From the NCBI RefSeq assembly GCF_004010195.1, contig NC_057756.1, positions 5,922,257 through 5,951,203 of the forward strand: a stretch of DNA of 28,947 nt, read 5' to 3'. The stretch's first letter is position 1, and every line of letters begins with the position of its first letter. Origin of the DNA: Chiloscyllium plagiosum (lineage: Eukaryota). Positions 1 to 9,533 of the stretch are shown here, piece by piece. The translations under genes and the position numbers were made by a program. The notes below the pieces were generated by a model. It was not told where the DNA came from and ran no database searches. It saw only the letters and a program-made list of their open reading frames with translations.

Positions 1-134
1 GGTGAATTTGTCATGCTAAATTGCCCGTAGTGTTGGGTGTAGGGGAGTAGGTCTGGGTGGGTTGCTCTTTGGAGGGTGATTGTGGACTTTTTGGGCCGAA
101 GGGCCTGTTTCCACACTGTAGGCAATCTAATCTT
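1..134 (+). mobile_element. HE1-type (V-SINE) tRNA-derived SINE, 3' half
   Basis: Matches the 3' half of the fuller copies at 4534-4837 and 24542-24871 (ggtgaa..catgctaaattgcc..gggccgaagggcctgtttccacactgta, aatct tail). Confidence 0.85.
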
Positions 135-143
135 AAAAAAAAT

Positions 144-278
144 AGAAAGTGAGGACTGCAGACGCTGGAGCTCAGAGTCGAGTGTAGTGCTGGAAAATGA
201 GGAAGGGCTTATGCCCAAAACGTCGATTCTCCTCCTCGAATGCTGCTTGACCCATGCTTTTCCGGCGCAAAAACTTTT
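144..278. mobile_element. Penelope-like element terminal fragment with degenerate hammerhead (second copy ~1002-1133)
   Basis: gaggaagggcttatgcccaaaacgtcgattctcc resembles the terminus at 13485-13571 and 28673-28770. The CTGA start is missing and GAAA is mutated. Confidence 0.65.
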
Positions 279-667
279 GATTCGGGGAACCTGGTTGAAT
301 TATACAAAATCATGAGGGGGCAGACAGGGTGGCTAGCAAGAAGCTTTTTCTCCAGAGTGGGGGACTCAATGACATGAGGTCATGAGTTCAAGGTGAGGGG
401 GGGGAAGAGTTTAAAGGAGATAAGTGTGTGGGAGAGCCCTTTGCACAGACTGGTGGGTACCTGGAACGCATTGCCAGCTGAAGTGGGACAGTCAGGCACG
501 ATAGCGTCATTTCAAATGTATCGAGACAGATACATGAATGGGCAGGAAGCAGAGGAAATAGACCCTTAGAAAATAAGTGACAGGTTTAGGTAGAGGAACT
601 GGTTCGGCACAGGCTTGGAGGGCAAAAGGGGTCTGCTCCTGTGCTGTAATTTTCTTTACTCTGTTTT
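279..667 (+). mobile_element. CR1/HER1-like LINE 3' end (second copy ~1136-1520)
   Basis: tatacaaaatcatgagggg (YKIMRG), then the CR1-type 3' region ending ggcacaggcttggagggc..cctgtgctgtaattttct. Confidence 0.75.
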
Positions 668-683
668 AGAATCTGGATTGGCT

Positions 684-874
684 CAAAGTTTCCGTAAAGA
701 TTTTTAGCTCGGATGCTGGCTGTCGTACTTGAGCAGGGTCCTAATGCTGCAGCTTTTGTGCGTGTTCAGTTCAGGATCTGGTTAGTGGGTATGGTACACT
801 TCTGTGGTGCGTTCACTGTTTTATGTTCTTTCGACCATCCCATCCAGGAATGGGAGTTGATTGTTGGTTTCCTC
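684..874 (-). mobile_element. Penelope-like RT fragment, truncated at the duplication breakpoint
   Basis: Minus translation EETNNQLPFLDGMVERT..EVY..THTNQILN..IRTLLK resembles PLE RT C-terminal motifs. Confidence 0.75.
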
Positions 875-985
875 CTTTTCAAAGAATTCAATAAGGTTTG
901 TGAGGCACGACCTGCCCTTCACAAAACCATGCTGACTATCCTTGATCACATTATTCCTATCCAGATGTGCATAAATCCTATGAAC
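875..985 (-). mobile_element. 111-bp CR1 RT fragment forming the duplication junction
   Basis: Minus translation IKDSQHGFVKGRSCLTNLIEFFEK is a CR1 RT motif. Confidence 0.85.
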
Positions 986-1727
986 ATCTTAAAAAAAAAA
1001 TAGAAAGTGAGGACTGCAGACGCTGGAGCTCAGAGTCAAGTGTAGTGCTGGAAAACGAGGAAGGGCTTATGCCCAAAACGTCGATTCTCCTCCTCGAATG
1101 CTGCTTGACCAATGCTTTTCCGGCGCAAAAACTCGATTCGGGGAACATGGTTCAATTATACAAAATCATGAGGGGGCAGACAGGGTGGCTAGCAAGAAGC
1201 TTTTTCTCCAGAGTGGGGGACTCAATGACATGAAGTCATGAGTTCAAGGTGAGGGGGGGAAGAGTTTAAAGGAGATACGTGTGTGGGAGAGCTCTTTACA
1301 CAGTGGTGGGTGCCTGGAACGCATTGCCAGCTGAAGTGGGACAGTCGGGCACGATAGCGTCATTTCAAAAGTATCGAGACAGATACATGAATGGGCAGGA
1401 AGCAGAGGAAATAGCTCCTTAGAAAATAAGTGACCGGTTTAGGTAGAGGATCTGGTTCGGCACAGGCTTGGAGGGCAAAAGGGGTCTGCTCCTGTGCTGT
1501 AATTTTCTTTACTCTGTTTTAGAATCTGGATTGGCTCAAAGTTTCCGTAAAGATTTTTAGCTCGGATGCTGGCTGTCGTACTTGAGCAGGGTCCTAATGC
1601 TGCAGCTTTTGTGCGTGTTCAGTGCAGGATCTGGTTAGTGGGTATGGTACACTTCTGTGGTGCGTTTACTGTTTTATGTTCTTTCGACCATCCCATCCAG
1701 GAATGGGAGTTGATTGTTGGTTTCCTC
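986..1727. repeat. Local tandem duplication, copy B
   Basis: Near-identical to 130-874. Confidence 0.95.
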
Positions 1728-1818
1728 TTCTCTCATAAATCTGATCCCTGTGAGCATGTTGTTGATAATCTGGTGTGTGTTCTCGGTTTTCTGTTCTCTT
1801 AATCATAAACAAAAGGTT
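1537..1818 (-). mobile_element. Penelope-like RT fragment
   Basis: Minus translation with frameshifts gives MIKRTE/ENTHQIINNMLTGIRFMREEETNNQLPFLDGMVERT. Confidence 0.75.
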
Positions 1819-2790
1819 GGCAGAAACAGTGTGTTCATAAATGGGTCTCTTTTCGATTGTCAGAATGTGACAAGTCGGGACCCACAGGGTTTTGCTGAGC
1901 CACATCTTTATACAGTTTATACCAATGACTTCGATGAGGGAAATGAAGTCATGGTGGTTACATTTTGTGGTGATACAAAGCTAGGCAGGAAAGGTTGTTG
2001 TGAATTTCCCAACATCAGTCTGCAGTCTTTTTTGGTTGAACTTTTCAGATGAAGTATGATACAGCAAAAGGTGATCTTGTCCACCCCAGGAAAAAAGAAT
2101 CCAGAGGGCAAGTGCAGGGAGATCTAAGGGGCCTCGTGGGTGACACTCCAAACAATAATATGTAGTCACAGCAAATGAAGAAGAAAGCTCATAGAATGTT
2201 ATCCTTTGTCAGGAGAGGGCTTGAGCAGAAAAATAATGAGTTTATGATTCAGTTGTATAGGACAGTAGTAAAACAACTCAGCAACAGTGTGTAGTTTTCC
2301 TCTCTTTATTGAGGAAAGGATATAAATGCAGTTGAGTGGGTTCTTACTGGACTGATACCTGAATGAGTGAGTTGTCTGATATACTGGATAGACTATATAT
2401 TCACACGTGTGTAGAGAAGAGAGAGAGGTGACTTGGCTGATGTGTTTAATGTCCTGAATGGATTTTAACAAGGTGAATATGGACATATTTCCTCTTATGG
2501 GTAAGTCCAGAATGGGGGAAGACTGATCTAAAATGCAAAGTCTTTGTTTTAGGACCGAGATGAGGAGTTTTTTTTCCCCCCTGAGAGTAGTGCACCTTCT
2601 GAGCTCTTTGCCTCAGAAGGCGGTGGAGACTGGGTCATTGAACAGTTTTAAGGTGCAGGTGGATAGACTGTTCTTCAGCCAGGGCATCGCAGGTTACTGA
2701 GTGTAGCTGAGAATTCAGAGCATGAACAGATTGGTCATGGTCTTATTGTCTGATGGAGTAGACAAGAGGGGCCTTTGGTTCATATGTTGA
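1819..2790 (+). mobile_element. Decayed CR1-like LINE, RT C-terminus and 3' end
   Basis: INGS..QNVTSRDPQG..LYTVYTNDFDEG..FCGDTKLG corresponds to decayed VTSGVPQG/YINDLD/FADDTKLG. Confidence 0.8.
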
Positions 2791-2863
2791 CTTTTGTGTT
2801 CATACATTTCACACTGAACCATATTGGGGTAGATGTATGACTGATTTTGTGGGGAGACTCTCA

Positions 2864-2897
2864 CTTCCATTATTTTTATTCTAAATCAATTCCACAG
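2864..2897 (+). promoter_or_regulatory. Candidate splice acceptor for the zinc-finger exon
   Basis: Pyrimidine-rich tract tatttttattctaaatcaattccacAG lies ~100 bp upstream of the ZF ORF. Confidence 0.5.
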
Positions 2898-3003
2898 GAT
2901 AATAGGAGAAGATTCGCTGTCAGGAAACTGCAACCAAGCATTACATCAGGATTTCATGGTGTCACCCACTTCATTGTAACCTGAATCTCATTGGGATTTG
3001 AAC

Positions 3004-3474
3004 ATGGAAGGAGAAAGCATTGCTAACAGAGATGAGAAACTGTACGCATGTTGTCTGTGTACACAAGCATTCAGCCGATCATCTGACCTCTCGAAACATA
3101 AACGGAGCCACAAGGAGAAACCGTGGAAATGTGGGGACTGTGGGAAGGGATTCCGATCTCCAACTGAACTGGAAACTCATCGGCGCAGTCACACTGAGGA
3201 AAGGCCATTCACCTGCTCAGAGTGTGGCAAGGGATTCACTCAGAAATCTCACCTGCTGCGACACCAGCGTGTTCACACTGGGGAGAGACCGTTCTCCTGC
3301 TCTGAGTGTGGGCAGGGATTCACTAACTCCTCCAACCTGCTGATACACCAGCGAGTTCACACTGGGGAGAGGCCATTCATCTGCTCTACATGTGGGAAGG
3401 GATTCACTTTGGCATCCAGCCTCCAGACCCATCAGCGAATTCACACGAGGGGAAAACCATTCACCAGTTCCTAG
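3004..3474 (+). CDS. C2H2 (Kruppel-type) zinc-finger protein, 5 fingers, truncated; may be a pseudogene
   Basis: Five CxxC-x12-HxxxH fingers with (T)GERPF-type linkers and ATG at 3004. There is an in-frame TAA upstream at 2977-2979. A destroyed sixth finger spans the stop (TS S * C G * G). Confidence 0.85.
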   Translation: MEGESIANRDEKLYACCLCTQAFSRSSDLSKHKRSHKEKPWKCGDCGKGFRSPTELETHRRSHTEERPFTCSECGKGFTQKSHLLRHQRVHTGERPFSCSECGQGFTNSSNLLIHQRVHTGERPFICSTCGKGFTLASSLQTHQRIHTRGKPFTSS

Positions 3475-3939
3475 TGTGGGTAGGGAGCCCCAAGCAGCTG
3501 TAGAGCCCTGTGTGGACTAATGGGAAATTGGTCCGATTCTGTTGATTTACAACACATTGAATATTGTTTTCAGTTCAGAATAATCAAGGATTAATTTTAG
3601 TTGAAAAATCTAGAGATTGAAAGTTTTTTATTCTGTTTTGAAGGAGATCTGACTGGGCTCAGAATCAAGTTTAGTTTCTCTGCTGCATAGAGCTCAGAAC
3701 AATTTGGTGAAAAGCTGTCACCTCAGTAGAATAGTGTAGTTTGTGCAACTTCCCATCCAGGAGTGTCTGATTTTAGTTCTGAAAGTTTTGGAGACAGAAT
3801 GTTTCAGATCTGAAATTTGAGTATTCATTAAAGGAACTTCTGTAGTTTACATGGAAAGTCTGGGCCAAATTAATTTGGATTCAGATTTGACAGGTGTAAT
3901 TTCTCTGTGTACGTTACCTGCTGCACCTGTGTGCTGGCA

Positions 3940-4409
3940 TCAATCAGGAGGGCTAATCCAATATCTGTCCTTATTTCATGAGGGGTGGGGGGTGTTGACG
4001 TATACGAATAGGGCAGTCTTCCTGCAACTGTAGAAGGCGTTAGGGGAACCTAATGTCAAATACTGATAGTTTTGCTTCCCTTTTTAAAAGAAAGATCATT
4101 TTGTTGGAGGCAAGTTCAGAGAATGTTCTTTAGGATGACCCTAATATGGAGGGATTGTCTTATAAGAAAAGGCTAAATGGATTGGGGTTTCGAAGTGGTG
4201 TTTCAAAGAATGAGAGGTGATCTCATTGAAATTTACTGGATTTTTTAGGGGTATGACAGGGTCAATGCTGAGATGATTTTCTCCCCCTCATGGAAGAGCT
4301 TAGAGTCAGACCCCATAGTTTCCAAATGTAGGGCTGTCTATTTAAGGCAGCGATGAGGAGGCATTTCTTTTCTCGCTGTGTACGTGTTTGGAATTTGTTG
4401 CCACAGAGC
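3940..4409 (+). mobile_element. CR1-like LINE 3' fragment (resumes at ~5127-5380)
   Basis: caagttcagagaatgttc..aaggctaaatggattggg..gatgaggaggcatttctt matches the CR1 ORF2 C-terminus. Confidence 0.7.
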
Positions 4410-5126
4410 ATCATAATCATACAGGATGAAAACAGACCCTTTGATCTAAATTGTCCATGCCATCAGATATCCCAAACTGAACTGGTCCCATTTGCCTGCC
4501 TGTGGCATATTCCTCTAAACCTTTCCTATACATGGTGACACAATGGTTAGCACTGCTGCCTCAGTGCCAGAGACCTGGGTTCAATTCCCACCTCAGGCAA
4601 CTGTCTGTGTGGAGTTTGCACGTTCTCCCTGTGTCTGCGTGGGTTTCCTCCGGGTGCTCCGGTTTCCTCCCACAGTCCAAAGATGTGCAGGTTAGGTGAA
4701 CTGGCCATGCTAAATTGCCTGTAGTGTTAGGTGAAGGGATAAATATAGAGGAATGGGTCTGGGTGGGTTGCTCTTGGGAGCGTCAATGTGGACTTGTTGG
4801 GCCGAAGGGCCTGTCTCCACACTGTAAGTAATCTAATGTACCTTGCCCAAATGTCTTTTCAATGTTGCAATTGTACCATATCTACTACTTCGCCTGGTAG
4901 CTCGTTCCACACACTCATCACTGTCTGTGTGGAAAGGTTGCCCATTAGGTCCCTTTTTAAATCCTTCCCCTCTTACCTTAAACCTATACTCTCTCCTTTT
5001 GGACTCCCATACCCTTGGGGAAAAAATACTGTGGCTGTTCACCTTATTCATGATTTTTATAAATCTCTAAACTCACCTCTCTGTCTCTGATACTCCAGGG
5101 AACTAAGTCCAGCCTCTCCTTATAAC
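4410..5126 (-). mobile_element. CR1/HER1-like LINE 3' end nested in the + strand CR1, itself interrupted by a SINE
   Basis: Reverse-complement CR1 3' end; minus ORF reads FSPRVWESKRREYRFKVRGEGFK. Confidence 0.75.
4534..4837 (+). mobile_element. HE1-type SINE, nearly full length
   Basis: A/B-box-like tggttagcactgctgcc..gggttcaattccc, V-domain tgtgtggagtttgcac..gggtttcctccgggtgctcc, aatct tail. Confidence 0.9.
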
Positions 5127-5262
5127 GTAAGTCCATGTGTATATGGAAGGCTGAAATAGATCGATTTTTAATCAAGAATTATGGGGCAATTCACAAAGTG
5201 GACATAGTGTCACATCAGCCAGAGCCTGTTGGATGGCAGAACAGTTTCAAGGAGCTGAATGG

Positions 5263-5343
5263 AGTGTGTTGCTGGGTAAACACAGGTCAGGCAGCATGCG
5301 AGAAGCAGGAGAATTGACGTTTCGGGCATAATCTCTTCATAGG
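5263..5343 (-). mobile_element. ~80-bp Penelope-like terminal fragment with degenerate hammerhead
   Basis: caggtcaggcagcat..gacgtttcgggcataa is flanked by aggagctgaatgg (5250-5262) and aggggctgaatgg (5344-5356). Confidence 0.7.
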
Positions 5344-5684
5344 AGGGGCTGAATGGCCTACTGTTCCTATTCATGGTCTTATTATTGATGCCGTTGGGAA
5401 ATAAACTGGAAACATTGTTTTACTGTGTTTAAACAATTGTTCAAATAATCTTGTTTCTCAACAGTTTTGTTTCTCTGTTTATCTCTTGTGACTAATAAAC
5501 ATCTTTTTCTTTGGCAAAGAATCCTTGCAGGCTCTCATGACTGTTTCAGTGACTGACTGCCACATTAACCTAATTTAAATGAAAACTGTAAGCCGGGACT
5601 ACAAGGAAGAAACAGCTAGGCGTTATGGTATTTGTAAGAGAAAGGAAAGCCAGTGAGATCAGTGGTTTTGGTCACTAAGGTTAG

Positions 5685-6179
5685 TGTTGGGGACAGGTAA
5701 ATCTTATGCCAAATCTAATGTAGTTAGGAGAGGAGACCTTGAGCAATTAATTAGCTTTATTCATGGCCATGGGAAATTTTGTTCAGAGAGGTCCGATGCA
5801 ATTCCAATGAAATACAGAATGCTACAAGTTATATAGTAAAACAGAAGCCCACTGCCCATTATTTACACAACCTGGGGGCAGTTGTAAGGTTCACATACAT
5901 TGTCCAGACCTACGTTTCTTCATGTCTACAAAACTGTTATAATGCAGGTTCAGCTAGGCAAGAACGACCGATAATGGACAGTGAAACAATGCATCAAACT
6001 GTTGAAGGGGCCAGAGGAGCAGAGCCAGCCTGCTGCTGCAAGGTCAGGCTATCAAAACAGAATTCCTGAGCCAGGGCTCAAACAGCACTATGCTAGCAGG
6101 CTACATTTTACTGCAAACATTGCTTTGCGACAAAATGGCTTCCACACCGTTTTGTCAATTTTGGTGAAATTTTCCCACA
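5685..6179 (-). repeat. ERV 3' LTR (495 bp)
   Basis: TG..CA termini with imperfect inverted repeats. Minus-strand TATATAA at 5835-5829 and AATAAA at 5761-5756. Aligns with 13956-15212. Confidence 0.9.
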
Positions 6180-6180
6180 A

Positions 6181-6192
6181 TCCTTTTTTTTT
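6181..6192 (-). promoter_or_regulatory. Polypurine tract
   Basis: Minus strand AAAAAAAAAGGA is followed by T and then the LTR start TGTGGGAAAA. Confidence 0.75.
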
Positions 6193-6650
6193 GGCAAAGA
6201 ACAGATTGGGAGTGTCAACAAAAGGTGGAATATACCCAGAGCCAGGGGGATTGTCAGAGGGTGGTGGTTGGAGATCTGACAGATAGTTCTCAGGCTCAGT
6301 AAGGAAAGGGGCAGAAGGCTCCAGGGACTTGGAATAATCATTGGGGGTTTCATCAGGAAGGGGAAATCTGAGCATCTGCGAGATCGCTGGAGCGGAGAGC
6401 CACAACAGTGAACTGAACAGAGTACTCTATTGTCTGTCTGCTGGGTTACTTCGATTTCTAGTCAAGCAATTCCAAAGGCAGGGGAAAAGAAAGCTGCGAG
6501 TCGCTCAAATTCCACAAGAACTCGCTTGGGACAGATGGGGATATGAGTACCTACCCAGCAACTGGAGTGGCTGCCCTTCTGTGCGTAAAGAAAAGTATTA
6601 AACTGTAATTCCCATTTACTAGCAGTTATCAGGCTATCCATTGTGTCCCA
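6193..6650 (-). pseudogene. env: ERV env remnant, internally deleted
   Basis: Minus CPKR|VLVEFERLAAFFSPAFGIA*LEIEV resembles a furin site plus fusion peptide, followed by a proline-rich tail. The SU motif GYEYLPSNWSGC is present but inverted. Confidence 0.65.
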
Positions 6651-6651
6651 T

Positions 6652-7177
6652 CAAACATAGTTTAGTGAAAGAAAGGTAGAGCGTAGTGCACGGCTACACA
6701 GTGGTTAGCACTGCTGCACTCGGTGCCAGAGACCCGGGTTCAATTCCCGTCTCTGGTAACTGTCTGTGTGGAGTTTGCACATTCTCCCTGTGTCTGCGTG
6801 GGTTTCCTCCGGGTGCTCCAGTTTCCTCCCACAGTCCAAAGATGTGCAGGTTACAAACATAGTTTAGTGAAAGAAAGGTAGAGCATAGTGCACGGTTACA
6901 CAGTGGTTAGCACTGCTGCACTCGGTGCCAGAGACCCGGGTTCAATTCCCGTCTCTGGTAATTGTGGAGTTTGCACATTCTCCCCGTGTCTGCTTGGGTT
7001 TCCTCCGGGTGCTCCAGTTTCCTCCCACAGTCCAAAGATGTGCAGGTTAGGTGAATTGGCCATGCTAAATGTTAGGTGTAGGGGAATGGGTCTGGGTGGG
7101 TTGCTCTTTGGAGGGTCGGTGTGGACTTGTTGGGCCGAAGTGTGGAAACAGGCCCGAACTAATCTAATCCAATCTAA
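6652..7177 (+). mobile_element. HE1-type SINE with a ~202-bp tandem duplication of its 5' half plus flank
   Basis: caaacatagtttagtgaaagaaaggtagag occurs at 6652 and 6854. SINE bodies are at ~6688-6853 and ~6890-7177. Confidence 0.9.
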
Positions 7178-7656
7178 AACTCAGCGATCAGGCTGAGCCG
7201 TTGATGGACGGAGGCTGAACAGGTGTCTGACGGCCCTCTGGAGGGTGGGGGTGGGGGGCTCTTTTCAATTGCGTTGCATGCAACCATATTCAGGCCTCCA
7301 CTTGACTTTGACTGGGTGCCCAGCAGGACTAGGAACAGGCCTTTCCACCTCCGCTCTGATTTTGCCCTGGTCCTAATTCTTAGGCTTGACGTACCTGTGA
7401 ATGCAAACTTTGAAAAGGTTTGGTTAACTGCTGCAGATATTCCCACTTGTCCACCACTATAGTCACAGCAGTATCAGTTATTGGGATGGTTTTGATTCAT
7501 CTAAACACATTTGCTATTATTAGACAATATTCATAATGTATTCAAGGTAACTTTATAAAGGCAAGTTACAGACAAGTAAAAGGCTCACCTGGCAAGGAGG
7601 TGATTCACCAAGTGCAGGGCATCCCATTTTTTTTTCAGCCGCGTGCCACCAAGTTT

Positions 7657-7978
7657 GTTGCTGTGGTTCTGTTCGCCGAGCTGGGAATTTGTGTTGCAGA
7701 CGTTTCATCCCCTGTCTAGGTGACATCCTCAGTGCTTGGGAGCCTCCTGTGAAGCGCTTCTGTGATGTTTCCTCCGGCATTTATAGTGCTTTGTACCTGC
7801 TGCTTCCGGTTGTCCGTTCCAGCTGTCCTCTGCAGTGGTCGGTATATTGGGTCCAGGTCGATGTGTTTATTGATAGAATCTGTGGATGAGTGCCATGCCT
7901 CTAGGAATTCCCTGGCTGTTCTGTTTGGCTTGTCCTATAATAGTAGTGTTGTCCCAGTCGAGCTCCTGTTGCTTGTCA
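7657..7978 (-). mobile_element. Penelope-like element 3' end (GIY-YIG C-terminus plus terminal repeat)
   Basis: Minus translation DKQQELDWDNTTIIGQAKQ/TAREFLEAWHSSTDSINKHIDLDPIYRPLQR. Confidence 0.85.
7696..7735 (-). ncRNA. Minimal hammerhead ribozyme motif
   Basis: Minus: GCA-CTGAGGA-T-GTCACCT-AGAC-AGGGGAT-GAAA-CGTC-TGC. Helix I is GCA/TGC, helix II is imperfect, helix III is palindromic ACGT, and the cleavage triplet is GUC. Confidence 0.75.
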
Positions 7979-8289
7979 TAGAGTATTAACTACTCCTTGC
8001 CCAAGTGTGTACAATAGTGCAGATAATCAACTAAAATAAGCAGCAGCAAAGACAGCAGCTGGGCAGGCATCTGAGGTAGGTTCCACCCCCCAGTGGGTAT
8101 GCTGGTCTCAATCAACTCTATAGGAGCTGGCCCACGGCATTTCGGTTTTTACCTGTAACTTGGATTGTGATTCGGTCTCATTCTGGCCATCCCAGTACTG
8201 GGAATTCTTGGACTAGTTCATGTTGTTTGTCCGGATCATGTTGGCAAAGCCAGAAGGAATACATGGCAAAAGCTTAGCTTCAAAGGAAG

Positions 8290-9083
8290 GTGAGCCAGTT
8301 TCTTGATTTTTTCCCTTGTGAGCTGTATACCACTTCATCAGACAGATGGCCACTTATTTCAGTCTTATAACACAAGCCATTCTTATTCCAGTCACTCCCA
8401 GAATTTTTGCTGCCTTTACATCTGTATTGTTCTGTGGACATATTGAGCAAGTTGGGCTGGTTTCTTGTGTTCAGGGGCTTAGTTCAGTAACATCACTCTG
8501 ATTCCCAGGATGGACCCTGGTTGAGGATGGCACACATCTCTCACCCTAATAATGTCGTCTATGGAGCTGGTTACTGATACTGGATCCTTCACCTTCAGAG
8601 CAAGGCATTATTTTGTAATCCCTTGTAAGGGAGTTTTATAATCGGGGATGTGCTGGTGACTATCAGGATAATCCTCATTTCCCCTCCCTCAAATAAGGTC
8701 GGTATGCCAGACATTGGGTTAGGGTTCCAAGTAGAATGTAAGTTCTTTTTATTTTCATCATGATTAGTCAGCACCACTAACTGCCTTTTTATTTTTAGTG
8801 TTATTGGTTTAACCTTACGCTGTTTCTTTTGTTCCCTTTGTTTCTCTACCCATTCACCTTCAGCTTTTAACTTCTCCCAGCTTTTGGGAGTTTGATCTGC
8901 TGTACATACCTCCAACCCCTTATCGCATGCATAATTCCTCCAACTGGCCAGCAAGCTATCTTTCCATTTAGTATCCGCTTTCTGCTTCCATCCTATAAAT
9001 AACTAATCAATGCTGCAATGCTTCAAATTAACCATGAGGCACTGACAATGTATAAAGGTATAAAACCAATCGCTCCTGCCCAT
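8290..9083 (-). pseudogene. gag: ERV gag remnant (MA-like, capsid N-terminal-like, degenerate zinc knuckle)
   Basis: ATG-GGC at 9083, then WKQKADTKWKDSLLASWRNY and a basic coiled stretch. RDVCHP..ML LN*APEHKKPAQLAQYVHRTIQM lies at 8580-8410 and CYKTEISGHLS at 8372-8340, directly upstream of pol. Confidence 0.6.
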
Positions 9084-9193
9084 TGATTCAGCTAATACAA
9101 TTGGTTTTAAATATATTAACTAATATAATCATTATCTATAAACGAGAGATGGAAACTGAACAATTGACCAAGACATTTAAGAGTCATGAACAT

Positions 9194-9521
9194 GCGCGGT
9201 TACGTTAGAGCCCGGGTGTCCTTGGAGAAGGAGCACGTGGTGTCGACCAACACCCTGGAGGAGTTCAGGGAGAGGTGGGCGCTGCAGGGAGTGGAGTGCA
9301 TCATTTCTCCCTCCAACTCTATTTTGATTTTGTCCCTACCCTCCCCCTCACTGTTTTGATCACGCAGCACTGCCCTTTGATGTGAAGGGCAGCGTTTGTC
9401 ACTGGCCACCCAGGTGTTTTCCTATCTTCCGGTGGTGGAAATTGAATAAAAGATTGGTGCACTTTGTGTCTTTCACTGTGTCTCACACCTGCACACACAC
9501 ACCAGGGGTGCTAAATTAAAA
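9194..9521 (+). mobile_element. Tx1-clade LINE, short 5'-truncated copy
   Basis: Homologous to 10631-10915 (RGYVRARVSLEKEH..FRERWALQGVEC), with AATAAA. Flanked by agtcatgaacat. Confidence 0.85.
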
Positions 9522-9533
9522 AGTCATGAACAT

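Larger units (their letters stand above)
130..874. repeat. Local tandem duplication, copy A (~745 bp)
   Basis: Near-identical to 986-1727, from atcttaaaa..tagaaagtgagg to ttgttggtttcctc. Confidence 0.95.
7253..8065 (-). pseudogene. pol: ERV pol (integrase) remnant, interrupted by a Penelope element
   Basis: Minus translation gives VDYLHYCTHLGKE, TWWH, LPGEPFTCL*LAFIKLP*IHYEYCLIIANVFR*I, YLQQLTKPFQSLHSQVRQA and ERRWKGLFLVLLGT..WLHATQLKRAP. These match gamma/epsilon integrase N-terminal, core and C-terminal motifs. Confidence 0.85.

Noticed and set aside
76..1802. Duplicated short ORFs (76-315/967-1233 and 713-1003/1566-1802) as paralogous genes
   Set aside because: They are chance frames across duplicated TE fragments.
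4534..4600. tRNA-like A/B boxes here and at 6690, 6890, 24542, 26380 and 27230
   Set aside because: These are SINE heads; no complete cloverleaf is visible.
3487..5602. Possible LTR split by the CR1 stack (3487-3930 and 5385-5602, AATAAA near 5495)
   Set aside because: No clear 5' TG boundary or TSD was found, so it is too weak to call.
8645..8695. Resemblance to the 89-bp repeat (ctggtgac..ggat..tcccct)
   Set aside because: Too short and gapped to separate from chance by eye.
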